This document shows, in pieces, positions 9,513-18,807 of a stretch of DNA of 64,000 nt. The stretch comes from Thermodesulfobacteriota bacterium. Lineage in GTDB: Bacteria; Desulfobacterota_D; UBA1144; Nemesobacterales; Mycalebacteriaceae. Location of the stretch: positions 800,001-864,000 of the forward strand of contig OZ245366.1 in assembly GCA_965226585.1 (NCBI GenBank), given 5' to 3'. Every line of letters starts with the position of its first letter. Within the stretch, counting starts at the first letter, position 1. The notes beneath the pieces were generated by a model. It had not been told where the DNA came from and made no database searches. It saw nothing but the letters and a program-made list of their open reading frames with translations. A program made the translations under genes and the position numbers.

Positions 9513-11201
9513 TTAAGACTTCCTGGGTCTTCCCGGCCCGCGCCCGGCTTTTTTCACTCCGGAACCTTTGGGTCTTCCCCTTCCGCGCTTCGGAGCCGCG
9601 GCGGCGGAAACCGCCTTTTTGGGTCTTCCCGGTCCGCGCTTCGCCGTGGCTGTTCCCGAACCTTTGGGTCTTCCGGGCCCGCGTTTCGCCGTGGCTGTTC
9701 CGGAACCTTTGGGTCTTCCCGGCCCGCGTTTTGCCGCAGTTTTCACCCCAGAACCTTTAGGTCTTCCCCTTCCGCGCTTTGGAGCCGCCGGAGTTGTGGA
9801 AGCCGCTTTTTTGGGTCTTCCGGGTCCGCGCTTCGCCGTGGCTGTTCCCGAACCCTTGGGTCTTCCGGGCCCGCGTTTTGCCGCAGTTTTCACCCCAGAA
9901 CCTTTAGGTCTCCCTCTTCCGCGCTTCGGAGTTGCCGGAGTTGCGGAAGCCGCTTTTGCGGGTCTTCCTCTTCTGCGTCCCGAAGTTGAAGGAGCGGATG
10001 AAGTTGTGCCGCCGATTTTCTCAACTATCATGGCGACTCCCATTCCGCCGCCGACGCACAGGGCGGCAAGCCCGCGTTTCGCGGAGCCTCTTTTTCTCAT
10101 CTCGTGAAGAAGTTTGACGAGGATAACCGTTCCGGACGCCCCAATCGGATGCCCCAGCGCTATCGCGCCGCCGTTCACGTTTATCTTGCTGTCCGGAATG
10201 GGCAGGTCGCTCAGAACCGCGAGCGACTGCGCCGCGAAAGCCTCGTTAAGCTCAAACAGGTCTATGTCTCCTATTGAGAGGTTTGCCTTGTCCAGCGCTT
10301 TTGTTATCGCCGGCACGGGGCCTATTCCCATTATTGACGGGTCAACCGCCGCGACCGCATATGACACAATTGACGCAAACGGCTTAAGCCCCATCTGGCG
10401 GGCTTTTGATTCCGAACTTACCAGAACGGCAGCCGCGCCGTCATTGATTCCCGAAGCGTTTCCGGCGGTTACAGTGCCGCCCATTTTGAATACCGGCCGC
10501 ATTCCCGCAAGCGCAGACTGCGTAACATCGGGGCGGGGGTGCTCGTCAACCCTGAACTCAATCGGGTCTTTCCTTCTCTGCGGAACCGAAACCGTAACGA
10601 CTTCATCGTTAAACCTTCCGGCTTTCATCGCCGCTTTTGTTTTCATCTGGCTGTTGTAGGCGAATTCGTCCTGCGCCTCTTTTGTCAGGTTGTAGGATTC
10701 GGCGAGATTTTCCGCCGTAACTCCCATGTGGTAGTTGTTGAAAATGTCCCACAGTCCGTCGTGAACCATTCCGTCTATCAGTTCGTCTTTGGGCATCGCC
10801 ATTCTGTATCCGTATCTGGCTTTTGTCAGATAAAACGGCGTCTGGCTCATGTTCTCTATTCCACCCGCGACCACAACCCCCGCGTCTTCGGCTTTTATCG
10901 CCTGCGCCGCGAATGCAACGCTCTGCAGACCCGAACCGCAAACCCTGTTTATCGTTATGCCGGGAATGTGGGTTCCAAGCCCCGACTTCACAGCGACCTG
11001 CCTTGAAGGGTTCTGCCCGAGGCTCGCGCCCAGCACGTTGCCCATTATGCAGTCGTCAACTTCTTTCGGGTCAATACCCGACCGGCTGACAATCTCGTTC
11101 ACCACTTTCACACCGAGGTCTACCGCCGGTATGTCTTTCAAAGTTCCGCCGAAGCCGCCGATGGCTGTTCTGACGGGATTGGAAATTACAACTTTTTCCA
11201 T
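9513..11201 (-). CDS. Acetyl-CoA C-acetyltransferase (thiolase) fused to a C-terminal AT-hook/histone-like tail
   Basis: NRVCGSG, NEAF, GHPIGASG, LCVGGGMG intact; start reassigned to ATG 11201 (GGAGG upstream); ten GRP motifs in the last ~167 aa. Confidence 0.92.
   Translation of the reverse strand: MEKVVISNPVRTAIGGFGGTLKDIPAVDLGVKVVNEIVSRSGIDPKEVDDCIMGNVLGASLGQNPSRQVAVKSGLGTHIPGITINRVCGSGLQSVAFAAQAIKAEDAGVVVAGGIENMSQTPFYLTKARYGYRMAMPKDELIDGMVHDGLWDIFNNYHMGVTAENLAESYNLTKEAQDEFAYNSQMKTKAAMKAGRFNDEVVTVSVPQRRKDPIEFRVDEHPRPDVTQSALAGMRPVFKMGGTVTAGNASGINDGAAAVLVSSESKARQMGLKPFASIVSYAVAAVDPSIMGIGPVPAITKALDKANLSIGDIDLFELNEAFAAQSLAVLSDLPIPDSKINVNGGAIALGHPIGASGTVILVKLLHEMRKRGSAKRGLAALCVGGGMGVAMIVEKIGGTTSSAPSTSGRRRGRPAKAASATPATPKRGRGRPKGSGVKTAAKRGPGRPKGSGTATAKRGPGRPKKAASTTPAAPKRGRGRPKGSGVKTAAKRGPGRPKGSGTATAKRGPGRPKGSGTATAKRGPGRPKKAVSAAAAPKRGRGRPKGSGVKKAGRGPGRPRKS
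9516..9975 (-). repeat. Coding tandem repeats (15-aa units nested in a 49-aa higher-order unit) encoding AT-hook-like motifs
   Basis: KRGRGRPKGS / KRGPGRPKGS / KRGPGRPKK units; DNA copies differ mostly at synonymous sites. Confidence 0.9.
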
Positions 11202-11360
11202 GTTTATTCCTCCTGTTGGAACGCGCAATTTATTGATAATTTACTTCTAAATTGCGACGCGCAAATTTACATAAAATTATTTAATAACGCAAAAACGGAG
11301 TTGGACGGAATTATAAAAAGCCGTATTCACGGTTAGTGTTAGCGGGGAAATTATCAGAGC

Positions 11361-12509
11361 ATGGCGAAAGCAGCGCAAAGAAAAAAACGGGGGCGGGGCG
11401 GAGTGAAAACTGTTGCAGTATTTTTCGGCGGCCGCTCCGCCGAGCATGAAATCTCAATCACCTCCGCCCGTTGCGTGCTTGAAAACATTGACCGTTCGCG
11501 CTTTTCCCCCGTTGCCGTGTTTGTTGACCCTCAGGGCGTTTGGAAAAAGGCGGATTTGCGGGCGATTGTCCGTTCGGGAGCTGTGCCGTCTGAAAACAGC
11601 CAGCCTCTTTTTCCCGTTCCCGGAAAGGGAGTTCTCTGCGAGATTAAAAACGGCGCGCTCTCAAGGCGCAAAATAGACGCCGCTTTTCCCGTCCTTCACG
11701 GAACGGACGGCGAAGACGGCGCGATGCAGGGGCTTTTTGAGATATGGGGCGTTCCGTACGCCGGAGCGCGAGTGCTTGGCTCCGCCGCCGCTTCAGACAA
11801 ACTCACCGCTAAGCGGCTTTTGCAAAACGCCTCTCTTCCGGTTGTTCCGTTTTCAGGGCTGAAAAAAAGCGACTGGGAAAAGAGCGGCGCGCACGCCGCA
11901 ACCGCCTCCGCACGCAAGACGGGTTTTCCGTGTTTTGTAAAACCTTCAAATCTCGGCTCAAGCATAGGCATCTTCAAAATCTCCGCGCCGGGGCAGGTAA
12001 CCGCCGCCGTCCGGAAAAGTTTTGAGTTCTCAGACACCGTTATTTTTGAAACCGCCGTGCCCGAAGCGAGGGAGATAGAGGTAAGCGTTCTGGGTCTTGA
12101 CGAGCCGCGCGCGTCTGTTCCGGGAGAGATAGTTCCCGAAGGTGATTTTTATGACTACGCCGCGAAATACGGCGGCGGGCAAAGCCGCCTTCTTGTGCCC
12201 GCGCCCCTTCCGGCGGACTTGAAAAAACGGATACGCGCTACGGCGCTTGACGCTTTTTCCGCTCTCAGTTGTAGCGCGATGGCGAGAGTGGATTTTCTTC
12301 TCAACCCGCAAACGGGAGAGTTTTTTGTGAGCGAGTTGAACACCATTCCGGGATTTACGCAGATAAGCATGTATCCGAAACTGTGGGAGGCGTCCGGGGT
12401 TTCATGCCGCGATTTGATAAGCGCGCTTATTGATTTCGCGTTTGAGTCTGAAGAGCGGAAAAAATCGCTCAAAACCGAATACCCCGGCGGCGGGGCTATT
12501 TCCCCATAA
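11361..12509 (+). CDS. ddl: D-alanine--D-alanine ligase
   Basis: FGGRSAEHEIS, LHGTDGEDG, GSSIGI, FYDYAAKY, ELNTIPGFT. Confidence 0.95.
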   Translation: MAKAAQRKKRGRGGVKTVAVFFGGRSAEHEISITSARCVLENIDRSRFSPVAVFVDPQGVWKKADLRAIVRSGAVPSENSQPLFPVPGKGVLCEIKNGALSRRKIDAAFPVLHGTDGEDGAMQGLFEIWGVPYAGARVLGSAAASDKLTAKRLLQNASLPVVPFSGLKKSDWEKSGAHAATASARKTGFPCFVKPSNLGSSIGIFKISAPGQVTAAVRKSFEFSDTVIFETAVPEAREIEVSVLGLDEPRASVPGEIVPEGDFYDYAAKYGGGQSRLLVPAPLPADLKKRIRATALDAFSALSCSAMARVDFLLNPQTGEFFVSELNTIPGFTQISMYPKLWEASGVSCRDLISALIDFAFESEERKKSLKTEYPGGGAISP

Positions 12510-13476
12510 TTGTTTCTTCCCCTTTCGTGTCTCTGAAAATAACGAGAAAAACAACGCCCGCAAGTATGCAAACGCCGCCCAGCAGTTTTACGGTTGACGG
12601 AACGCTGTTGAAAAACGCGAGCGAAAGAAGAACCACAAACAGCGATTCAAGCGGCATAACCGCCGTGCTTCGCGAAAGATCCAGAAGTTTAATTGAATAA
12701 AACTGGCACGACTTTGCTATGTACGCGCCGCAAGTTCCTCCCGCTCCCATAAGGAGAATCTCGCGGAAGGTTGGGATTTCAATCGTTCCCGTTATCAGCA
12801 GATAAGACAGCAAAATGACCGAGACACCGAAAGTTCTGAGCGTTGCCACGGTCAGCATATTCAACTGCTTTTTCGCCGCCAGTTTTCTCACCCAGAACGC
12901 CACCATCGAGTAGCAAAGGGCGGAAACCAGAACCGCCGCCACTCCGAGCAGAAGGTAGCTGTCTTTGTGGTAGGCAACCACCACGCCGCCCGCTATTGTG
13001 AGCGTCATTCCGGCGGCTTCGCCCCTGTTGATTCTCTCCCGCAGAAAAATTATTCCGAACAGCAGGGAAAAAAGCGTTTGCGATTTCATGAGAAAAGAAG
13101 TTAGCGCGGGCCCGATTATCCACAGCGAGTTGACCCACAGAACAGCCCCGACCGAAGTGAATGCGGAAGTCAGCAGAAAAATGACGCCGTATTTCCTGAA
13201 CTGCCCCAGTTCCTTTCTCTGCGCGGGAATAAACATGGACAGAATAAAAGCCGCGACAAACGCCCCGAAAAACCAGAAAAACGTTGTTGTTTCAAGGTCA
13301 AGCCCGCTTCCTGCGGGATGCGCCGCAGAGTGCGTTCCCTCGTGCGCGCCGATGTCCAGATATTTTCCGATGATGTAGGACAGAGCCGTGAAAAAAGCGG
13401 TTCCGACTATCAGAACGTATCCTTTGAGAGGAAACCTGCCCGCCGATTTGGTTGAATCTGCGTTTGGAGTTTTCAA
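12496..13476 (-). CDS. DMT/EamA family transporter
   Basis: About 10 TM helices in two repeats; IIFLRERI motif. Confidence 0.8.
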   Translation of the reverse strand: MKTPNADSTKSAGRFPLKGYVLIVGTAFFTALSYIIGKYLDIGAHEGTHSAAHPAGSGLDLETTTFFWFFGAFVAAFILSMFIPAQRKELGQFRKYGVIFLLTSAFTSVGAVLWVNSLWIIGPALTSFLMKSQTLFSLLFGIIFLRERINRGEAAGMTLTIAGGVVVAYHKDSYLLLGVAAVLVSALCYSMVAFWVRKLAAKKQLNMLTVATLRTFGVSVILLSYLLITGTIEIPTFREILLMGAGGTCGAYIAKSCQFYSIKLLDLSRSTAVMPLESLFVVLLSLAFFNSVPSTVKLLGGVCILAGVVFLVIFRDTKGEETIMGK

Positions 13477-13889
13477 AATGCTGAGAGAGTTTTTGCGGCA
13501 AGGGCGAGTTTTTTGTAGCCCGCGCTTTTGATTGAAGCCACTATGTCAACAACCGTTCCGTGCGCAACATTTTCCTCGGCTTTTATAACCACGACCGCCG
13601 ATTTATCGGGAAGACTTTCAAGCGTTTCCCGCAAAAGTTTTTTTGAAACCTGCCTTTCGTTGAGAAATATTCTGCCGTTTGCGTAGATGGAGACGTTCAC
13701 CTTTTTTGATTGAACCTTGTCCACCTGCGAACTGACTTCCGGAACCTTTATCTGGATTCCCTTCACTGCGGGCGTGAAGTTCAGAGACAGCGCGAAAAAT
13801 ATGAGCAGGTTAAAAACAACATCCACCACGGGCGTGAGGTCGAGGTAGTTTGCAAAACCCCGTTTTTTCGAAAGCGGGCGCCGTTTCAT
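13473..13889 (-). CDS. exbD: ExbD/TolR biopolymer transport protein
   Basis: LDLTPVVDVVFNLLIFF; VVIKAE..V.HG.VVDI. Confidence 0.88.
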   Translation of the reverse strand: MKRRPLSKKRGFANYLDLTPVVDVVFNLLIFFALSLNFTPAVKGIQIKVPEVSSQVDKVQSKKVNVSIYANGRIFLNERQVSKKLLRETLESLPDKSAVVVIKAEENVAHGTVVDIVASIKSAGYKKLALAAKTLSAF

Positions 13890-14500
13890 TCCGCTCCGCC
13901 TGATGCTTTGAGGGATTTAACCACGTCTTCTGCGGACTGTTCAAGACTGAGAATCATGGCTTCGTATTTTCCGAGCAGGTATTTGTGCCCCACAAAAATC
14001 GGTATTGCAACGCAAAGCCCCATGGCGGTTGTGTAAAGGGCTTCGGATATTCCGCCCGCGAGAGACGCGGGATTTACGTCAACATTGAGGGATATGGCTC
14101 CGAATATTTTTATCATTCCCGATATGGTTCCGAGCAGACCCAGCAAAGTACTTACACTGCTTATCGCCCCCAGCATTTCAATGTGCGCGTAGAGGTCAAG
14201 AGATTCATTTTCCAGAGACCTGTCCACCAGATCCTCTCTTTCCCCGGTCGCGGAATCAATCGCCACAAGGGAGACACGCGCCACCGGAGAATTGTTTTCC
14301 TCGCACAGGGCTTTCGCTCCGTTCAGTTCGCCTTCTTTTGTGAGATGGAGTATCTGCCCGATGAATTTTGACGGAACAACTTTTTCGCCTCTCAGGAAAT
14401 ACATTTTTTCAATAAAAAGCGTAGTCCCTATGATAGAGCAGACGGCAATGGGGTAGAAGAAAATCCCTGTTTTATTCAATATTTCAATAATCGCGTCCAT
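13886..14500 (-). CDS. exbB: MotA/TolQ/ExbB proton channel protein
   Basis: LLGLLGTISGMI, LAGGISEALYTTAMGL. Confidence 0.88.
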   Translation of the reverse strand: MDAIIEILNKTGIFFYPIAVCSIIGTTLFIEKMYFLRGEKVVPSKFIGQILHLTKEGELNGAKALCEENNSPVARVSLVAIDSATGEREDLVDRSLENESLDLYAHIEMLGAISSVSTLLGLLGTISGMIKIFGAISLNVDVNPASLAGGISEALYTTAMGLCVAIPIFVGHKYLLGKYEAMILSLEQSAEDVVKSLKASGGAE

Positions 14501-14514
14501 ATCAGTCTCCCCGG

Positions 14515-15795
14515 TCAGCGGGGGTCCGCCGCCGTTTCGCCTCTTATCATATCCTCAAAAGTCTCTCTGTTTTTCACCACACGGAAATCCGCGCCCTCAA
14601 CAAGCACTTCCGCCGCGCGCGGTCTTGTGTTGTAGTTTGACGACATCGTAAAGCAATATGCCCCCGCGCTCATGACGGCAAGCAGTTCGCCCGGGCTGAC
14701 GGGCGGAAAATCTCTGTCAGTTGCCAGAAAATCGCCCGATTCGCAAACGGGACCCACAATATCTGCTTTTTCAATTTTTCCGCCGGCCGCCTGTTTTACG
14801 GGAACAATCTCATGATGCGAGCCGTAAAAAGCCGGACGCACAAGGTCGTTCATTGCCGCGTCCACAATTACAAACTTTTTTTCGCTTCCGCGTTTTACAT
14901 ACATCGCTTTCGTGAGAAGCAACCCTGAGTTTGCCGCGAGCGACCGCCCCGGCTCAAGAACCGGTTTGCATCCCGCCCCGCCCATCAGTTTGCCGACCGC
15001 CGCCGCGAAATCTTCAAGCGGCGGAGGCGAGTCGTCTTCCCCGTAGCGAACACCGAAGCCGCCGCCGATGTCCATGTATTCAATCTCCACGCCTTTTTTC
15101 TCAAGTGTTGACAGAAGCTCCAGAAGGCGCGTTACGGAGTCCTCAAAAGATGAGATTTCAAATATCTGCGACCCTATGTGGGCGTCAATTCCCTTTATCT
15201 CCACGCCTTTCATTTTGAGAGCTTTTCCGTAGAGGTTTTCCGCTTCTTTTATGTCTATGCCAAACTTGCTCTTTTTGAAACCGGTTGATATGTAGGGGTG
15301 AGTTTTCGGGTCTATGTCGGGATTTACGCGCAGGGAAACGGGCGCTTTTTTGCCCATGCCGGCTGCTATGGAATCAATGGTTTTAAGTTCCTGAGCAGAT
15401 TCAACATTGAAAAACAGAATCCCTTTTTCAATGGCGAGTTTTATCTCCTCAGGGCTTTTACCGACTCCTGAGAAAACCGTTTTCGCAAGGTCTCCGCCCG
15501 CGGCTTCAACCCGTCCAATTTCGCCGCCCGAAACAACGTCAAAACCGGCTCCGAGCCCCGCAAACAACGAGAGAACGGAAAGGTTGGAGTTTGCCTTCAC
15601 GGAGTAGCAGATAAGGGGCGACAGTTCAGAAAACGCATTTTCGTAGGCGCGGTAGGAGTCTTCAAAAGCCTGTGAACTGTAAACATAGCAGGGCGTTCCC
15701 GCAGATTCGGCGACAGCGGAAAGCCGGGTCTGTTCAAGAAACAGTTCACCGTCTGAATACGAGGCGCCGTGAGTGGGAAGAAAGGGTTTGCTCAT
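14515..15795 (-). CDS. lysA: Diaminopimelate decarboxylase
   Basis: GTPCYVYS, YSVKAN, HIGSQI, EPGRSL, GPVCESGD, MSSNYN. Confidence 0.96.
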   Translation of the reverse strand: MSKPFLPTHGASYSDGELFLEQTRLSAVAESAGTPCYVYSSQAFEDSYRAYENAFSELSPLICYSVKANSNLSVLSLFAGLGAGFDVVSGGEIGRVEAAGGDLAKTVFSGVGKSPEEIKLAIEKGILFFNVESAQELKTIDSIAAGMGKKAPVSLRVNPDIDPKTHPYISTGFKKSKFGIDIKEAENLYGKALKMKGVEIKGIDAHIGSQIFEISSFEDSVTRLLELLSTLEKKGVEIEYMDIGGGFGVRYGEDDSPPPLEDFAAAVGKLMGGAGCKPVLEPGRSLAANSGLLLTKAMYVKRGSEKKFVIVDAAMNDLVRPAFYGSHHEIVPVKQAAGGKIEKADIVGPVCESGDFLATDRDFPPVSPGELLAVMSAGAYCFTMSSNYNTRPRAAEVLVEGADFRVVKNRETFEDMIRGETAADPR

Positions 15796-15870
15796 CTGGA
15801 TTTCCGGTGCGCGGGAAACTGTATTTTACATTAATAAGGGGCGCGGGAAAAGCCCGCGATTGCGCGCCAC

Positions 15871-15899
15871 TTCACAATTCACCCTTCGGGGTTCATAAT
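15871..15899 (+). promoter_or_regulatory. Putative sigma70 promoter of the hem operon
   Basis: TTCACA-N17-CATAAT, ending 8 nt before ATG 15908. Confidence 0.5.
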
Positions 15900-15901
15900 A
15901 G

Positions 15902-17866
15902 GTGCCGATGAGGGAACGTGTGAACGGCTTGAGAGTTGCCGCCTTTGAGAGCAGGCGCGCAAAAGAGATAGAGGATTTAATCGTGTCCGGCGGCGGAGTT
16001 CCGTCTGTCGCGCCTTCCATGCTTGAGTCTCCGGTCAAACAGCCGGGGGCTGTGTGGGATTTTGCCTCGCGTCTTTTCAGCGGCAAAACGGATGTTCTGA
16101 TACTTCTGACCGCAACCGGGGCGGAGATGATGTCTGAACTGATAATATCAAAATACGGCAGGCGTGAATACGTTAACGCGCTCGGAAAAATCAGGATAGT
16201 TTGCCGGGGTCCCAAAACGGTTTCCGCCCTGAAGGGAATTGGCGTTACGCCCGAAACCGGCGTCAGCGAGCCTGCCACGTGGAGGGAGATAGTTTCCTGC
16301 GCGGAAAACGCGGGACTGCTTCGGGGGGCGCGGGTTGAGGTTCAGCAGTCGGGAGCGGCAAACCCGCAACTGATGAGGGCTCTGAAAAAACGCGGAGCGA
16401 AGGCGCGCTCGTTTTCCGTCTATAAATGGAAACTTCCCGAAAACACCGGACGGCTTGAAAACATAGTCCGCGAGGTTGCCGCCGGAAAACAGGACGCAGT
16501 TCTTTTCACAAGTTCACAGCAAGTTGTGAACGTGATGAACACCGCCCGCCGCGCCGGAGTTGAAACGGCTCTGAAAAAAGGGCTTTCCGCAACCGCGGTC
16601 GGTTCAGTCGGTCCGTCCACAACCGCAACCCTTAAACGGTTCGGCATACCGGTTGACCACGAGCCCGACGGGGCGAAGATGGAAACCCTTGTTACAGACA
16701 TCATGGCGCGGGGCGGCGCGCTTGCGGAAAAAAAGAGACGCGCCCTAAAAAACGGCGTTGACACTCTCAAGTGGAAGCGGATTGACATGGTTTGGTCGCG
16801 CGCGAAGCGGGCACCGGCAGTGCGCGATTCACTTTTTATGAAAGCGTGCAGACTTGAAAAAACCGCGCGGCCTCCGGTCTGGATTATGAGGCAGGCGGGC
16901 AGATACCTCAGGGAATACAGGGAGATACGGGCAAAGGTTCCGTTTCTTGAACTGTGCAAAACCCCCGAACTGGCGGCTGAGGTTACGCTCATGCCCGTTG
17001 ACAAATTCGGTTTTGACGCCGCCATAATTTTTGCTGACATACTTCTCATCCTTGAGCCGCTCGGAATAAAAATAGAGTTTTCAAAGGGCGACGGGCCCCG
17101 GATAAAAAACACCGCGCGAACCTCAGCCGCCGTTGACGCGCTCAGAGAGTTTGACCCTTCGGAAACGGGCTATGTGTGCGACGCGATTAAAATTGTGAGA
17201 AGGGCGCTAACCCCGCAAGCCGCGCTTCTGGGGTTTGCCGGCGCGCCGTTCACCGTTGCCTCATACCTTATAGAAGGGGGCGGCTCGTCAACCTACGCGA
17301 ACACGAAAAACCTTATGCGCACCGACCCCGGACTGTGGAACGCGCTTATGGAAAAACTCTCATCCGCCACCGCGAAATATCTCCGCGCCCAGATAAAAGC
17401 CGGCGCAGATGCGGTTCAGATTTTTGACAGCTGGGCGGGCTGTCTCACCCCTGACGACTACTCGCGCTATGTTCTGCCTCACACAAAGGCGGTTTTTGAC
17501 GCTCTGCCGCAAAATGTTCCGGCGATTCATTTTGCCGCCCGCGCCGGCTCGCTTTTGCCGCTGATGAAAAAGGCGGGCGGAAGCGTGATGGGAGTTGATT
17601 GGACGGTTGACCTTGCCGCCGCATGGAAAACAGTCGGGCACAAGACCGCCATCCAGGGAAATCTTGACCCCGCCGTTTTGCTTTCAAACCGCGCCGTTAT
17701 GGAAAAAGAGGTTGTCTCGGTTCTCAAAAAAGCGGGCGGTCGTCCCGGGCATATTTTCAATCTCGGACACGGCGTGATGCCCGCGACACGAGCGGAAAAT
17801 GTTCTCGCGCTTGTTGAAAAAGTTAAAGCTTTTTCCGCCTGCGGGCGGGAGAGAGGGAGAGGATGA
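15902..17866 (+). CDS. hemE: Fused uroporphyrinogen-III synthase (HemD) / uroporphyrinogen decarboxylase (HemE)
   Basis: N-half AFESRRA, CRGPKT, VYKW.LP, FTSSQQV, SVGPST (HemD); C-half PVWIMRQAGRYL, FADIL, QIFDSWAG, IFNLGHG (HemE); start may be ATG 15908. Confidence 0.92.
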   Translation: MPMRERVNGLRVAAFESRRAKEIEDLIVSGGGVPSVAPSMLESPVKQPGAVWDFASRLFSGKTDVLILLTATGAEMMSELIISKYGRREYVNALGKIRIVCRGPKTVSALKGIGVTPETGVSEPATWREIVSCAENAGLLRGARVEVQQSGAANPQLMRALKKRGAKARSFSVYKWKLPENTGRLENIVREVAAGKQDAVLFTSSQQVVNVMNTARRAGVETALKKGLSATAVGSVGPSTTATLKRFGIPVDHEPDGAKMETLVTDIMARGGALAEKKRRALKNGVDTLKWKRIDMVWSRAKRAPAVRDSLFMKACRLEKTARPPVWIMRQAGRYLREYREIRAKVPFLELCKTPELAAEVTLMPVDKFGFDAAIIFADILLILEPLGIKIEFSKGDGPRIKNTARTSAAVDALREFDPSETGYVCDAIKIVRRALTPQAALLGFAGAPFTVASYLIEGGGSSTYANTKNLMRTDPGLWNALMEKLSSATAKYLRAQIKAGADAVQIFDSWAGCLTPDDYSRYVLPHTKAVFDALPQNVPAIHFAARAGSLLPLMKKAGGSVMGVDWTVDLAAAWKTVGHKTAIQGNLDPAVLLSNRAVMEKEVVSVLKKAGGRPGHIFNLGHGVMPATRAENVLALVEKVKAFSACGRERGRG

Positions 17867-18783
17867 ACGATTTTGATTCCATTGTTCTTGTCGGCTACGG
17901 AGCCCCGGAAAAAGCGGAGGATGTGCCGGAATTTTTGCGTATTGTGGCAAAGGGTTTTTCCATTCCGGAGCGCAGAATGAAAGAGGTTGAAAGCCATTAC
18001 AGGCAGGTTGGCGGCGGCTCTCCCCTTAACGAGTTGACCCGGCGGCAGGCGGAGGGGCTGAGAAAGTTTCTTGAAAAGGGCGGCGTGAAACTGCCCGTTT
18101 ATATGGCGATGAGAAATTGGCATCCGTTCACTGATGACACCGTTGCGGAGATGAAACGCAACGGGCACAAGAAATGTGTCGCGCTGATAATGGCGCTTCA
18201 CCAGTGCGACACAAGTTGGGAGAGATACCAGCGCGAACTGGAATCAGCGGCTGAAAAAGCGGGCGCGGAGATTGAGTTTGTCTATCCGCCGCCGCTGTTT
18301 GATGATGCCCTTTTTATAGAAAACTGCGCCGACAGAGTTGCCGAGCAAATAGCGAAACTTCCCGGCGGACGGCTTTCTGAAACCTCAAAACTCATATTCA
18401 CCGCCCACAGCATACCGCTTGAAATGCCCGGCTCCGACACCTATAAAAAACAGTTTTTCAAAACCTGCGAACTGACCGCGAAAAAACTTGGTGCGGAAGA
18501 TTTTCTCATCGCCTGGCAGAGCAGAAGCGGCAGTCCGTCTCAGGCGTGGTTTGAGCCCGACATATGCGACGTTATAAGCGGACTCGGCGGCGGGGTGAGC
18601 CGCATAGTTGTTCAGCCCATAGGTTTTGTGTGCGACCACGTTGAGGTTCTCTACGACATCGGGGTTGAGGCGGAGTTGGCGGCGCGCGAAGCGGGAATAG
18701 AAATGTTTGCCGCAAAAACCGTGAATGACGACCCGAAGTTTATACGCGCTCTGGCGGAGGCGGTTTTGAAAGCCGCCGGATAG
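17863..18783 (+). CDS. hemH: Ferrochelatase (probably coproporphyrin ferrochelatase type)
   Basis: HY...GG.SPLN, MRNWHPF, FTAHSIP, WQSRSG, GFVCDHVEVLYD. Confidence 0.93.
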   Translation: MNDFDSIVLVGYGAPEKAEDVPEFLRIVAKGFSIPERRMKEVESHYRQVGGGSPLNELTRRQAEGLRKFLEKGGVKLPVYMAMRNWHPFTDDTVAEMKRNGHKKCVALIMALHQCDTSWERYQRELESAAEKAGAEIEFVYPPPLFDDALFIENCADRVAEQIAKLPGGRLSETSKLIFTAHSIPLEMPGSDTYKKQFFKTCELTAKKLGAEDFLIAWQSRSGSPSQAWFEPDICDVISGLGGGVSRIVVQPIGFVCDHVEVLYDIGVEAELAAREAGIEMFAAKTVNDDPKFIRALAEAVLKAAG

Positions 18784-18807
18784 CTGCGCGCTTCCGCGAA
18801 TTTTCCA

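Noticed and set aside
9504..10107. Plus-strand repetitive ORFs 9504-9989 and 9568-10107
   Set aside because: Antisense shadows of the thiolase tail repeats; the terminator and synonymous variation favour the minus frame.
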